Assembly: GCA_963749495.1 (NCBI GenBank)
Contig: CAVVMW010000006.1
Location: forward strand, 320,001 to 384,000
Direction: 5' to 3'
DNA from: an uncultured bacterium
Lineage (GTDB): Bacteria; Verrucomicrobiota; Verrucomicrobiia; Limisphaerales; UBA8199
DNA length: 64,000 nt
Below, one piece after another: positions 8,219-18,226 of the stretch. Below the pieces are notes generated by a model, which did not search any database, was not told where the DNA came from, and was given only the letters and a program-made list of their open reading frames with translations. The position numbers were made by a program, and so were the translations under genes. The first letter of the stretch is position 1. Each line of letters starts with the position of its first letter.

Positions 8219-9772
8219 TCACCTCCGGCCAATGACCCGGTAATAGCGCTGGCTGCTGGCGGCATTGACGATGTCGTTCACCGTGAGGACTCCTCCCGTT
8301 CCGGTCAAGCAAGCGAGGTCGGTGGCGGCGGACCAGGGCGTGGCGAGGCTGTCCTTGACCTGCACGCAGTAAGGCCGGCCTGGAGCGCTGTCCCAGGACA
8401 ATTGAACGGTGTTGTTGGCGAAGGCAAAGTTCAACGTGAGCGGCAGCTCGACGAGGGCGAAGTAGATGTCTTCCTCCCCATTGAACGTGGCCGCGTAGGC
8501 AATGCACGCCGCCGCGTCGAACGACACCATGCCGATGTAATCGCCCATCTTGTGTTGCCGCGGGGCGCCGGGTGGGGCAACGGGCCAACCCACCGAATGG
8601 TCGAAATTGGTGGTGAGGGCGGTGTTAGGCGACCAGGTCAGGCCGCCGTCCTGCGAGAAGGCGTAGAAGAGTTGGGAATGGGTTTGAGCGGGGTCGTTGC
8701 GAGTATCGTTCCAGCAGGCATCGAGCCTGCCATTGGGCGCAACGGAGAGGGTGCCGAACCAGTGATAGGCGTTGGCAGTGGGGGAATCGTCATTGACGCG
8801 GACCGGGGCGCTCCAGGTTGCGCCGCGGTCCAGGCTCCGGGCGAACATGACGTTGGCCGGGTTGCCAGTGCCGGTGACGGTGCTCAGAACATAGACGTTG
8901 CCGCGCGTGGGGCCGCTCGATTGGTCCACGGCGACCCAAGGCTGCCCGAGGAGTCCGTCAGGGTTTACCGGGCCGGTGGATGTGATGTCGGGCAGGCCAC
9001 CGCCCAGGTTGACCTCGGTGGTCAGGTCGAAGACCGGCGTTGCCGCCTGGTTCCAGGCATTGGTCGAACGGTTCAGCCAAAACGTGCTGCCGTCCCACCC
9101 GAACATGTAAACCTCCCCGCCGGGCCCCACCGCCAGCGTGCCCCAGTAGGGATACTGCGGGATCAAGATGGCATCGAGCCAGCTCTGGGCGCCGTCGGTG
9201 GAGCGGGTGAAGATCTTGTTGGGATTGTCGTTGGCATAATTGTAGGAGGGGCTCCAGGCCTGGTAGAGATTGCCGCGGCCGGGGCCGGAGGTCGTGTCAA
9301 TCGCCATCCACGGCTTGTCGCCGCCCTCTGCCAGGCCCATGAATTGCCAGTTCATTCCGCCGTTGGTGGACCGGAACATGTCGCAGTGATAGCCGTTGGT
9401 CAGACCCACCCCAAGGTAGTAAAAGGTGCCGTTCGCATCCGAAGCCAGGACCGGGTCGCTGCGAAAGATGCCGGGCTCGACCACACCGGGGAAAGTCCAG
9501 TTCAGGCCGCCGTTGGTCGTCCACGCCCATCCGCCCTGGCGAAAGTCGCTCGTCACGTGATCGAACTGGCGCCAGCCGATAGCCATCCGGTTCGGGTTGG
9601 TCGGGTCCACGCACACGGTAGGCTCGTTGGCCGCATCTCCCACGATGTTGTTGCCGGCCGCATCCACATTGACCTGGACACTGTCGCTGCGCAGCCCGGG
9701 AACCTGGGCCGCGGCGGCGATGGCTGAAATGGCCCAGAGGCAGACGACCAGGCGAGTTGAGGTCAATTTCAT
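8219..9772 (-). CDS. Secreted BNR/Asp-box (sialidase-like) protein
   Basis: Signal peptide; multiple SxDGGxTW Asp boxes; C-terminal beta-rich tail domain. Confidence 0.85.
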   Translation of the reverse strand: MKLTSTRLVVCLWAISAIAAAAQVPGLRSDSVQVNVDAAGNNIVGDAANEPTVCVDPTNPNRMAIGWRQFDHVTSDFRQGGWAWTTNGGLNWTFPGVVEPGIFRSDPVLASDANGTFYYLGVGLTNGYHCDMFRSTNGGMNWQFMGLAEGGDKPWMAIDTTSGPGRGNLYQAWSPSYNYANDNPNKIFTRSTDGAQSWLDAILIPQYPYWGTLAVGPGGEVYMFGWDGSTFWLNRSTNAWNQAATPVFDLTTEVNLGGGLPDITSTGPVNPDGLLGQPWVAVDQSSGPTRGNVYVLSTVTGTGNPANVMFARSLDRGATWSAPVRVNDDSPTANAYHWFGTLSVAPNGRLDACWNDTRNDPAQTHSQLFYAFSQDGGLTWSPNTALTTNFDHSVGWPVAPPGAPRQHKMGDYIGMVSFDAAACIAYAATFNGEEDIYFALVELPLTLNFAFANNTVQLSWDSAPGRPYCVQVKDSLATPWSAATDLACLTGTGGVLTVNDIVNAASSQRYYRVIGRR

Positions 9773-9850
9773 GTTGACGCCAAACTACGCCATCCACACC
9801 CGCCAGACAAGCCGGAGGGCTGCCCCCAAATTCTCGCCCAGGCATTTTTT

Positions 9851-9916
9851 AACCACGGAATACACGGAACACACGGAAAGGGGCCTTTTTCCGTGTATTC
9901 CGTGTATTCCGTGGTT
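9851..9916. repeat. Inverted 9-mer arrays (CACGGAATA x3 / TATTCCGTG x3)
   Basis: Long hairpin directly downstream of dnaG. Confidence 0.85.
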
Positions 9917-9921
9917 TATTC

Positions 9922-11781
9922 TCAGCCCTGCCCCTGCGCGTCCTCCTGCCCCCGCCGAGCCAGAGGCTGCCGTTTGCATGACCTCATTTCCTGCTGGCGG
10001 CGGAGCAGGTCGTCGCGCTCGGCGTCAGTGATGCCGGGCTGGTTGATGCGCTGTCCTAGCGCGGCCACCTCACTATCGATGAACCGATCGCGGAGCCGTT
10101 CCAAAATCCCCCGCTTGTCCGAAAGCGACGGGTCTCCCTTCAGGACTTGCTCGGGATCCTCAAGCTCCCTTCGAAGGGCGACAGCTTCGGTGATGAGGTT
10201 GCGCGTCTCCGGGTCGTCGAATCTGTCCAGGAATCCAGCGATACCTCTCCAGGAACCGTCGCGATGTGAACCGATGCGCTCCTCGATGACACGTCGGACC
10301 ACCGGATCCCTTATCCATCGGGAGTCGAGGTGGTCCGCAACCCAGCCAACCAGGTCGTCGCTCCTGAGCAATAATCCCAGCAACCATCCTTCCAGGCCCG
10401 ACGCTCCCGCGTTCCGCTGCTGCTGGGCCGCCTCTTCAACCGGCGGCTCTTCCGCCCCGGATGCCGGCCTTGTCGCCCGCGCCATCTTTCTGAACTCGGC
10501 CCGCACGGCGTCGGGCGCGACCCCCAGGCGCAGGGCGGTCTTTTGGGCATATTTGTCGATGAGCACCCCGTTGCCGGTTTTGTGCACGGCCTCGGCCATG
10601 GCGCGCAGCACCGACAACCGGCCCCGGTCGGTGGCGACATCGTTCGAGCCGCACAGGCGGTTGAGGTAATAATCGAAGAACCCCTCTGCCCGTTGGATCA
10701 GTTGCCTGAAGGCCTCGCCGCCGGAGGCCCGGATGAAGCTGTCCGGGTCGTGCGGTTCCGGGGTGACCGCCACCCGCACCGCCAGCCCCGCCGCCAGGAG
10801 ATGGTCCAGCGAGCGCGCCGTCGCGTTTTGCCCCGCCGCGTCCGAATCGAAACAGAGCACGACCTCGTTGACGTAACGTTTGAGGATTCGCGCATGGTCG
10901 GCCGTGAAGGCGGTGCCCTGCGGAGCCACCACGTTTTGCACCCCGGCCATGAAACAGGCGATGAGATCGAGCTGCCCTTCGCAAACGATAGCGTAATCCG
11001 CCTCCACCAACGCCCGCCTCGACTTGTCGAGGCCAAAAAAGACCTTGCTCTTGGTGAAGATGGGCGTCTCCGGCGAATTGACGTACTTGGCGGTTTTTTC
11101 GTCGCCGGACAACACGCGGCCGCTGAAACCGATGACCCGCCCCTGCTCGTCGCAGATCGGGAAGATGAGCCGGCCCCGGAACCGGTCGTAATAATGGTCG
11201 CTCCCCTCCTTGCGCAGAATCAGCCCCGCCTTTTCAACCAGGCCCAGGTCGTGGCCCTTGCTCCGGGCCCAATTGACGGTGTCGTCCCAGGCCTCCGGGG
11301 CGCAGCCCAGGCGGAAGAGCTTCACCGCCTCGGGCGGGACCCGGCGTTTGGCCAGGTAATCCCGCGCCACCTGCCCGGCCGCCTCGTTGGCCAGCGCGCT
11401 TTGCCAGCGCTGGGTCAACTGCTCATGGACTTGCAGCAGCCGCTCCTTCAAATGTCGCGATTGCTGCTCCTCTCCGCCCCGCTCGTACTCCAGCGGGATC
11501 TTCGCCCGCTCCGCCAGCCGCCTCACCGCCTCGACAAAATCCACGTTCTCGTACTCCTTGACGAAGGTGAAGACGTCCCCGCCCTTGTGGCAGCCGAAAC
11601 AATGGAAGGTCTGCAGCCGCGGGCTCACGTTGAAGCTCGGGGTCTTCTCCCGGTGAAACGGGCACAGCGCCACGAAATTCGCCCCCGCCCGCTTGAGCGG
11701 AAAATACGAGCCGACGATATCCACAATGTCGCTCGCAGCGCGGATTTGCTCCAGCGTCTCTTGCGAAAACAGCCCGGCCAT
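9922..11781 (-). CDS. dnaG: DNA primase
   Basis: CHC2 zinc finger CPFHREKTPSF; DRFRGR; KYVNSPET; Toprim EGQLD and FDSD. Confidence 0.97.
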   Translation of the reverse strand: MAGLFSQETLEQIRAASDIVDIVGSYFPLKRAGANFVALCPFHREKTPSFNVSPRLQTFHCFGCHKGGDVFTFVKEYENVDFVEAVRRLAERAKIPLEYERGGEEQQSRHLKERLLQVHEQLTQRWQSALANEAAGQVARDYLAKRRVPPEAVKLFRLGCAPEAWDDTVNWARSKGHDLGLVEKAGLILRKEGSDHYYDRFRGRLIFPICDEQGRVIGFSGRVLSGDEKTAKYVNSPETPIFTKSKVFFGLDKSRRALVEADYAIVCEGQLDLIACFMAGVQNVVAPQGTAFTADHARILKRYVNEVVLCFDSDAAGQNATARSLDHLLAAGLAVRVAVTPEPHDPDSFIRASGGEAFRQLIQRAEGFFDYYLNRLCGSNDVATDRGRLSVLRAMAEAVHKTGNGVLIDKYAQKTALRLGVAPDAVRAEFRKMARATRPASGAEEPPVEEAAQQQRNAGASGLEGWLLGLLLRSDDLVGWVADHLDSRWIRDPVVRRVIEERIGSHRDGSWRGIAGFLDRFDDPETRNLITEAVALRRELEDPEQVLKGDPSLSDKRGILERLRDRFIDSEVAALGQRINQPGITDAERDDLLRRQQEMRSCKRQPLARRGQEDAQGQG

Positions 11782-11857
11782 GAGTTAATCAACCGACTTT
11801 GATATAGCGGGCGGCGCCGCTGCCGCAACCAAAAAGAAGGGACCACGGGACGGGAGG

Positions 11858-11959
11858 GAATGACGAATGACGAATGACGAATGACGGAAGGGACCAAGGG
11901 ACCGCAGGAACGCGGGGCATGTCGTCATTCGTCATTCGTCATTCGTCATTCGTCATTCG
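11858..11959. repeat. GAATGAC array plus inverted GTCATTC array
   Basis: About 4 direct and 5 inverted copies around a short spacer. Confidence 0.9.
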
Positions 11960-11970
11960 CCGCTCGGCAC

Positions 11971-12577
11971 TTAAGAGGCCACGTTGAACTCGCGCAGGTG
12001 ATGTTCCCGGTGATCCGGCTCCGTGCGTTCGATGAGCAGGAAATCCAGGTGGTCGTGGATCCAAGGTCCGACCAACGATTTCTCGAAGATCGAGGCCTGG
12101 ACGGAATGGAGGGTGGGAAAAAGGTCGCTGCCGAATTCGGCGTTCTGGAAATCCTGCATCCGGCGGACATCGACAGCGGTGAAGCAACGGGCATTCAACA
12201 GGGCCAGGACTGCCAGCAGCACGCACGCGTGGCGGACCATGCCTGAGACCATGCCCAGGTAATATTCGCCGCGTCCAAAAATATCGCTGCCCAGAAGTTT
12301 GCCACCCACCGCCCGCTTCAGCAGGACGAAGAGGCAGGATGATCCCGAGCCCGCTCGCCATGTAGGCCACCAGGTAACCGGAGAGCCGCCCGAACAGCCC
12401 GGTCCGGGAGAGTTCCTCGCCCAATCCCCGGTAGAGGGTGGCCGAGCCGAACAGGACTGCCAGCCATTTCAGCACGTCCAGCAACTCCCCCGACATCCCG
12501 CGCCGCCGACCCCTGCACAGTCCGCTCACCAGGACGGCCAGGAGCAACAGGTCAAAAAAACCGATGGGCAGGTTCAT
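11971..12577 (-). CDS. CvpA (colicin V production) family protein, +1 frameshift near 12334
   Basis: FDLLLLAVLVSGLCRGRRRGMSGELL N-terminus; continues in another frame as GGKLLGSDIFGRGEYYLG. Confidence 0.75.
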
Positions 12578-12730
12578 AAGGCCACTAATGCACACTTCAT
12601 CGGCCTTTTGTAAGCGAGTTTCGTACCACCCTCCATCACAGGGGCGCACGACCGACTTCTTCCGGCGCCCATATCCTGCCGCGTTTGGGCGGCGGGGAAG
12701 AATTCTGTCCCGCCCCTGGTCGCTCGCGGC

Positions 12731-12845
12731 TGGATTGTGGATTGTGGACTGCCCGTCCTCTCCTCCCTCCGCAGTAGCACTGCTACGGAGGACGGGCGCA
12801 GTAGCTCTGCTACGGAGGGTGGATGGACTGTGGACCGTGGACTGA
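12731..12845. repeat. TGGACTG heptamers flanking GCAGTAGC..GCTACGGAG REP-like doublet
   Basis: Seen directly in the intergenic sequence. Confidence 0.65.
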
Positions 12846-12889
12846 TTTGCTTTGACCTGCGTCCTTGCTTCCGTAATGTCCCTCGGGAA

Positions 12890-13630
12890 ATGACCAGCGC
12901 CCAGACCGCCCATTTGAGCCCGGAGGCCAAGGCCTCGTTGCCGAGGCATGTGGCCATCATTATGGACGGCAACGGGCGCTGGGCCCGTGAACGGAACCTG
13001 CCGCGCATCGAGGGCCACCGGGCGGGGGCGGAGTCGGCGCGCGTCATTATCCGCACCGCGGGCGAACTGGGCATCAAGTACCTCACCCTCTATGCCTTTT
13101 CAGTCGAAAACTGGAACCGGCCCAAGGAAGAGGTGGATGCCCTCATGAAATACCTGATCCACTATCTGAAGACCGAGACCCCCGAGTTGAACAAGAACAA
13201 CGTGCGGTTGGAGATCATCGGCCAGGTCTATCGGCTTCCCGAAGCCGTGCAAGAGCACCTCAGGAAGTCCATCGCCACCCTCTCCAGGAACAACGGCCTG
13301 ACCCTCATCATGGCCCTGAGCTATGGCGGGCGCACCGAGATCGTGGACGCCGTCCGCAGCCTCGCCAACAAGGTCCGCGCCGGGCAGCTTGACCCCGACA
13401 ACATCACCGAACAGGTCTTCGCCCAGCACCTCTACACGCGCAACCTCCCCGACCCCGACCTGCTCATCCGCACCAGCGGCGAGATGCGCGTGAGTAATTT
13501 CCTGCTCTGGCAGATCTCCTACACCGAATTGGTTGTCACCCAGACCCTCTGGCCCGATTTCCGCAAACCCCAGCTTTACGCCGCGCTGGAGGAATACAAC
13601 CGCCGCCACCGGCGCTTCGGCGGGATCTGA
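12890..13630 (+). CDS. uppS: Undecaprenyl diphosphate synthase
   Basis: HVAIIMDGNGRWA, YAFSVENWNRP, DLLIRTSGEMRVSNFLLWQ. Confidence 0.97.
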   Translation: MTSAQTAHLSPEAKASLPRHVAIIMDGNGRWARERNLPRIEGHRAGAESARVIIRTAGELGIKYLTLYAFSVENWNRPKEEVDALMKYLIHYLKTETPELNKNNVRLEIIGQVYRLPEAVQEHLRKSIATLSRNNGLTLIMALSYGGRTEIVDAVRSLANKVRAGQLDPDNITEQVFAQHLYTRNLPDPDLLIRTSGEMRVSNFLLWQISYTELVVTQTLWPDFRKPQLYAALEEYNRRHRRFGGI

Positions 13631-13695
13631 GCGGCTTCACTCCGGGAGGAACAGGAGGGAACAGAGGTTCCTGACCCAAGCGCTCGGATTCCGTG

Positions 13696-13775
13696 CCTTT
13701 GTCGCAACCTCTCTCGCAACCTTTGTCGAACAATCGCCGATTCGACAAAGGTTTCGACAAAGGTTTCGACAAAGG
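13696..13775. repeat. Inverted 12-mer arrays (CCTTTGTCGNNN / NNNCGACAAAGG)
   Basis: Copies at 17745-17812 and 28839-28918. Confidence 0.9.
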
Positions 13776-13869
13776 ACCTGGGGAATTCAGGCGGCCCCAT
13801 GCCTCGGTTTTCTCTGTTGCCTGCGCTTGCGGTGTTGTGTCCTGTTTCAGGACACCCAAACCGCCCGTC

Positions 13870-14943
13870 TTAGTGCAGGCCGGTCCCGGTGCCGGGCCTG
13901 CCGTTGGGCCCCAGCAACTGGGTGCGGTACTCGGTCGGAGACTGGCCCAGGATCTTCTTGAACACCCGGTTGAAGTGGGTCAGGGACTGGAACCCGACCT
14001 CGAAGGCGATTTCGCTGACGCGCAAGTTCGGATTGATCAGGAGGTTCTTGGATTTCTCGATGCGAACGCGCGAGAGGTAGTCGGTGAAATTGATGCCCGT
14101 GGCCTTCTTGAAGATCTTGCAGAAGTAAAAGGTGCTGGTGTTGACGTGCCGGGCAACGTGCCCCAGGCGGAGGTTCTCGGTCTGGTGCTCCTGGATGTAT
14201 TCGCGGGCGCGCGCGATGATGGGCGGCTCCGCGTTTTCATTCTGCACCAGGACCTGGTTGCTCAGCATGGCCAAGTGCTGCGCGAAGATGGTCAGCAGCT
14301 TGACGATGGCTTCGTGCCGCTTGGGCGGCACCACGCGGGTCGAGAAGTAGGCCCTGCGCAATTCCTCGATGTCCACCGCCAGGCCCCAATGGGCCATTTG
14401 CCTGACCGCCCGTTCGAACTGCGAGCGCGTCGGTTTCTTGCGGAAGATCTGCCCCGTCTGCAAAAACCCAATCAAACGGTCCCCCAACCGCACCGGCACG
14501 GCCGTCTCGCTCAGGCCGTTGGGGCAGGAGAGGCTGCTCGGCTCGTAGGTTGCCGCTTCCGACAATCTCTCCTGCACCTGCAGACAGGAGGCGCACGCCC
14601 GGCTCTTCTCCGAGATCAGCGAGCAGAACGGCCCTTCATTGCGCCGCCCGTGATGCGGAAGCTGCCAGCTCTCCACCGGCCGCAGCGCCACAGGCATGCC
14701 CGTCGCCTCGGCGAACGCCCGCTCATATTCCTGGAACACCTTCGAGCTGACCAGGGCCTCGACGAGGCCCCGGTCCCCGTTGGGGGAGACCCCGTTCCGG
14801 GCCTTGGGCAGCAGGGGCTTGGACCCGCCCAGGGCGCCCAGTCCGCGGCCGCTCCGGCGCCGCACGGCGGAGGCCGCGTGGCTCCCCAGACCATTAATCC
14901 CACTTCTGGTCTCTAAAGGTCGCCTTACATATGTTGTCTGCAT
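13870..14943 (-). CDS. AraC regulator with PocR sensory domain (start uncertain)
   Basis: FC...C...CPNGLSETAVPV PocR pattern; C-terminal AraC HTH EIAFEVGFQSLTHFNRVFKK. Confidence 0.9.
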   Translation of the reverse strand: MQTTYVRRPLETRSGINGLGSHAASAVRRRSGRGLGALGGSKPLLPKARNGVSPNGDRGLVEALVSSKVFQEYERAFAEATGMPVALRPVESWQLPHHGRRNEGPFCSLISEKSRACASCLQVQERLSEAATYEPSSLSCPNGLSETAVPVRLGDRLIGFLQTGQIFRKKPTRSQFERAVRQMAHWGLAVDIEELRRAYFSTRVVPPKRHEAIVKLLTIFAQHLAMLSNQVLVQNENAEPPIIARAREYIQEHQTENLRLGHVARHVNTSTFYFCKIFKKATGINFTDYLSRVRIEKSKNLLINPNLRVSEIAFEVGFQSLTHFNRVFKKILGQSPTEYRTQLLGPNGRPGTGTGLH

Positions 14944-15613
14944 GACGACAATTTAAGATAACCCCGCCCCCATGGCAATCATAATCGGCCACGCGCATGT
15001 TCAAATCCGGCGGCAGGGCTTGCAGCAGCTCGGCGACCGTCCTGGATTGTCCGGGCAGGACCAGGCCGGGGGCGATTTGGGCCAGGGGCTGGAGCACGAA
15101 CCGCCTCAGATGGGCGCGGGGATGGGGCAGGGTCAAGCGGTCGGTGGCGCGCACCTGGTTGCCAAAGGCAACCAGGTCAAGGTCCAGGGGGCGCGGTTCG
15201 TTCCGGACCTGTCTTGGGCGGCGTCCGAATTCCCGCTCCAGTTGCTGGAGCCGGGCCAGGAGCGATTCCGGGGTCAGGCCCCGCCGCGGGGCAAAGCCGG
15301 CCACTGCGTTGAGGAAGAGGGGCGAGCCGGGAGGGCAATCCACCGGCGTGCTTTGCCATAAGGCCGAGGTGCGCACGGCCCCGCTGGAAAACTCCCGCAA
15401 CCGCCCCAGGGCCTCGAGCAGGGTGCGCCTGGAGTCCCCGAGATTGGCCCCCAAGGCGACGAAGACCCAGCGGGCGAAACCAGACCGCCGATCCTTCAAG
15501 GCTGCTCGCGTCGGACTCGCCCGACCTGTCAGACCGGTCAGACTCGTCCGACCCGTCAGACTGGCCGGACGAGGGCGCGACAGCGTTTTGGACTGCGCTT
15601 GGCGGCGGGTCAT
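14894..15613 (-). CDS. folK: HPPK (start uncertain)
   Basis: VALGANLGD, FLNAV, EREFGR...PRPLDLDL, LPHPRAHLRRFVLQPL. Confidence 0.9.
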   Translation of the reverse strand: MTRRQAQSKTLSRPRPASLTGRTSLTGLTGRASPTRAALKDRRSGFARWVFVALGANLGDSRRTLLEALGRLREFSSGAVRTSALWQSTPVDCPPGSPLFLNAVAGFAPRRGLTPESLLARLQQLEREFGRRPRQVRNEPRPLDLDLVAFGNQVRATDRLTLPHPRAHLRRFVLQPLAQIAPGLVLPGQSRTVAELLQALPPDLNMRVADYDCHGGGVILNCRHADNICKATFRDQKWD

Positions 15614-15623
15614 GCACGGCGGC

Positions 15624-16364
15624 CTACCTGGCCCTGAGTCCAAGGACATCCTGCATATCATAGACCCCCGGGGGTTGGCGCACGACCCAGGCGGCGGCGC
15701 GCAAGGCGCCATTGGCGAAGGTCTCGCGGCTGGAGGCCCTGTGGGTCAACTCGACGCGCTCGCCCAGGCCGGCAAAGAGGACGGTGTGGTCGCCCACGAC
15801 ATCGCCCCCGCGCACCGAGTGGATGCCGATCTCCTCGGCGGTGCGTTGGCCGACGATCCCGGCGCGGCCATGGCGGGCCGCCCGGTCCAGCGGCTGGCGC
15901 CGCACCTCGGCCAGGATCTCGGCCAGCGTCCGGGCGGTGCCGCTGGGCGCGTCCCGCTTGAGGCGATGGTGTGTCTCGATGATTTCGAGGTCGAATTCCG
16001 GACCGAGGATCTCCGCCGCCCGGCGCGCCAGCCAAAACAGGGCGTTGACGCCGGTGGAGAAGTTCGAGGAAAAGACGATCGGGATTTGGGCGCCCAGTTG
16101 CGTGATGCGCGAGCGGTCCTGGACCGAATGGCCGGTGGTGCCGATGACCATGGCCTTGTTGTGCCGGGCGCACAAGGCGGCGAAGCCCGGCGTGGCGGTG
16201 TGCGAACTGAAGTCAATGACCACATCGGCCGGCTCAAGCGCCGTGGCGAGGTCGTCGCCCTGGTCGATCTGGCCGACAATCTGCAAGTCGGGATGGTGGG
16301 CGGCGCAAGCGGAGAGGGTCCGGCCCATGAGGCCCTTGGAGCCCGTGATGACGGCACGGGTCAT
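15624..16364 (-). CDS. dapB: 4-hydroxy-tetrahydrodipicolinate reductase
   Basis: GSKGLMG, IGTTG, ETHHRLKRDAPSGTA. Confidence 0.97.
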   Translation of the reverse strand: MTRAVITGSKGLMGRTLSACAAHHPDLQIVGQIDQGDDLATALEPADVVIDFSSHTATPGFAALCARHNKAMVIGTTGHSVQDRSRITQLGAQIPIVFSSNFSTGVNALFWLARRAAEILGPEFDLEIIETHHRLKRDAPSGTARTLAEILAEVRRQPLDRAARHGRAGIVGQRTAEEIGIHSVRGGDVVGDHTVLFAGLGERVELTHRASSRETFANGALRAAAWVVRQPPGVYDMQDVLGLRAR

Positions 16365-17242
16365 GGCCTGAGAATGCCGCAGGCCCTCAAGGTGGCCTGG
16401 AGGGCGTCGCGGTTGCGCGGGCTCATCGGGACCAGGGGCAGACGGTATTCCTCCTGGATTTGGCCGAGCATGGCCAGCGCAGCCTTGACCGGCACAGGAT
16501 TGGTCTCGATGAACAGGTCCTTGAACAGCGGGTAGTATTTCCGGTGCAACTCAAGGGCGGTCTTGGCATCGCCGGCGGCAAAGGCCCGGACCATTTGGGC
16601 GACCTGGCGCGGGATGAGGTTGGAGGCCACGCTGATGACCCCCTGTGCGCCCACCGCCATGAACGGAAGCGTCAGCGAGTCATCCCCGCTCAGGACCGCG
16701 AAGCTGGCCGGCAGGACGGCGCGCAATTGGCTGACCCGGTCCGCGTTGCCGCCCGCCTCTTTGAGCCCAACGATATTCGGGCATTCCTGGGCCAGGCGGC
16801 GAACCGTCTCGACCCCGATCTCGACGCCGCAACGGCTGGGGATGCTATAGAGCACCAGGGGAAGGCGCGTCTGCAGCGCGACCTGCCGGAAATGCTCAAA
16901 GAGCCCTTCCTGGCTCGGCTTATTGTAATAAGGGGCCACCTGGAGCGAACCGTCGGCCCCGGCCTTCTCGGCCTCCTGCGTGAGGTAGATGGCCTCCTTG
17001 GTCGAGTTGCCGCCCGTGCCGGCGATGACCTTGATCCTGCCGGCCGCGAATTTCACCGCCAGCGCGATGATCCGGATGTGCTCCTCGTAATCGACGGTGG
17101 GCGACTCGCCCGTCGTGCCCACCGGCACAACGCCGTCCACTCCCCCCTCGACTTGGGCCCGAACGAGGCCCTCGAAGGCCGCCTGGTCCAACTGGCCGTC
17201 TCGGAACGGCGTTACGATTGCTGTGTAGGTTCCTGTGAACAT
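16361..17242 (-). CDS. dapA: 4-hydroxy-tetrahydrodipicolinate synthase
   Basis: GTTGESPT, PYYNKPSQEG, GLKEA. Confidence 0.97.
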   Translation of the reverse strand: MFTGTYTAIVTPFRDGQLDQAAFEGLVRAQVEGGVDGVVPVGTTGESPTVDYEEHIRIIALAVKFAAGRIKVIAGTGGNSTKEAIYLTQEAEKAGADGSLQVAPYYNKPSQEGLFEHFRQVALQTRLPLVLYSIPSRCGVEIGVETVRRLAQECPNIVGLKEAGGNADRVSQLRAVLPASFAVLSGDDSLTLPFMAVGAQGVISVASNLIPRQVAQMVRAFAAGDAKTALELHRKYYPLFKDLFIETNPVPVKAALAMLGQIQEEYRLPLVPMSPRNRDALQATLRACGILRP

Positions 17243-17354
17243 GATTTGCCTAAGTCGTCACAAGATGCCCACTCCCGCCCGGTTTGGCGAGCCTGATTTT
17301 CTGAATCCTCACTTGTGCATTGACCTGGGTGCGGCAGGTTATTTTACTGGTTTT

Positions 17355-17714
17355 ATGCGTGCATTGCCCGTAGTGGTTTCAGTGCTCATCGTGCTGGCCT
17401 GCGGTTGCGCCGGCAGCAAGCACCCCGCCGGGGCCGCCGGCTTCCCGGACGTGCAGGGCGGGAGACAGAAGCTCATCGTTACACCGGAAACGACGCCGAT
17501 TGGCAAGGTCGTCAAGGCCAATCCCGCCGGGCGATTCGTGGTGCTCAATTTCCCGCTCGGCCGCTTCCCGGCGATGGGAGAGCGCCTGAGCCTCTATCGC
17601 CAGGGCCTCAAGGTGGGTGAGGTCAAAGTCACAGGCCCCCAGTACGAAGACAACATCGTGGCCGATGTGGCCGCAGGCGAGGCCGCACTGGGGGATGAGG
17701 CGCGCGCACCCTGA
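17355..17714 (+). CDS. Hypothetical lipoprotein
   Basis: Lipobox-like LACGC after a hydrophobic leader; beta-rich body. Confidence 0.75.
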   Translation: MRALPVVVSVLIVLACGCAGSKHPAGAAGFPDVQGGRQKLIVTPETTPIGKVVKANPAGRFVVLNFPLGRFPAMGERLSLYRQGLKVGEVKVTGPQYEDNIVADVAAGEAALGDEARAP

Positions 17715-17744
17715 GTGATGAGGGATGTCTGGGGGCTGAGGCGA

Positions 17745-17812
17745 CCTTCGTCGCAGCCTTTGTCGCAACCTTTGTCGAAGACTGGCCAATCCGACAAAGG
17801 CTGCGACAAAGG
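17745..17812. repeat. Inverted 12-mer arrays
   Basis: Same family as 13696; lies between convergent genes. Confidence 0.85.
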
Positions 17813-17821
17813 TGCGGGCCA

Positions 17822-18160
17822 CTACCCCTCGCCTTTGGCCTGGCCGCCGCCGATCGGTTCGCTCATGGGTCTGGCGGTCTTGGAGAGGACCTGCTTCTGG
17901 TAGGGAGAGTGGAGGTTGAAATAGATGCCGCAGAGCGGGCGGGGGCTCTCGTTCTGGCTGAGGATGACCGTGATCTGCCTGTCCAGGGCGATGCCGTGGC
18001 GGAGGTGGGGCCCGCGGTTGTCGTAGGCCTTGATGGCCTTGTGCAGGAGCGAGATCAGCGAGGCCTCGAAGTCCTCGGGTGTCTTATCGATGCAGACGAC
18101 GTATTTCTCGAATGTCGCCATGGCTTCGGCGATCTCCGGCCTGAACGTTTCGACTGTCAC
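17822..18160 (-). CDS. Hypothetical protein downstream of pta
   Basis: 112-aa ORF with host-like codon usage. Confidence 0.75.
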   Translation of the reverse strand: MTVETFRPEIAEAMATFEKYVVCIDKTPEDFEASLISLLHKAIKAYDNRGPHLRHGIALDRQITVILSQNESPRPLCGIYFNLHSPYQKQVLSKTARPMSEPIGGGQAKGEG

Positions 18161-18226
18161 AAAGCTCAGAATAATGGGGCTTGGTGTAAAAGTGAAGCCA
18201 AAAGTAAAGCGAAAGTAAAGCGAGGC

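Noticed and set aside
7940..9727. 595-aa plus-strand ORF and similar long antisense ORFs (e.g. 20096-21907, 55111-56655, 57457-58932)
   Set aside because: Shadow ORFs opposite well-supported genes, expected in high-GC DNA.
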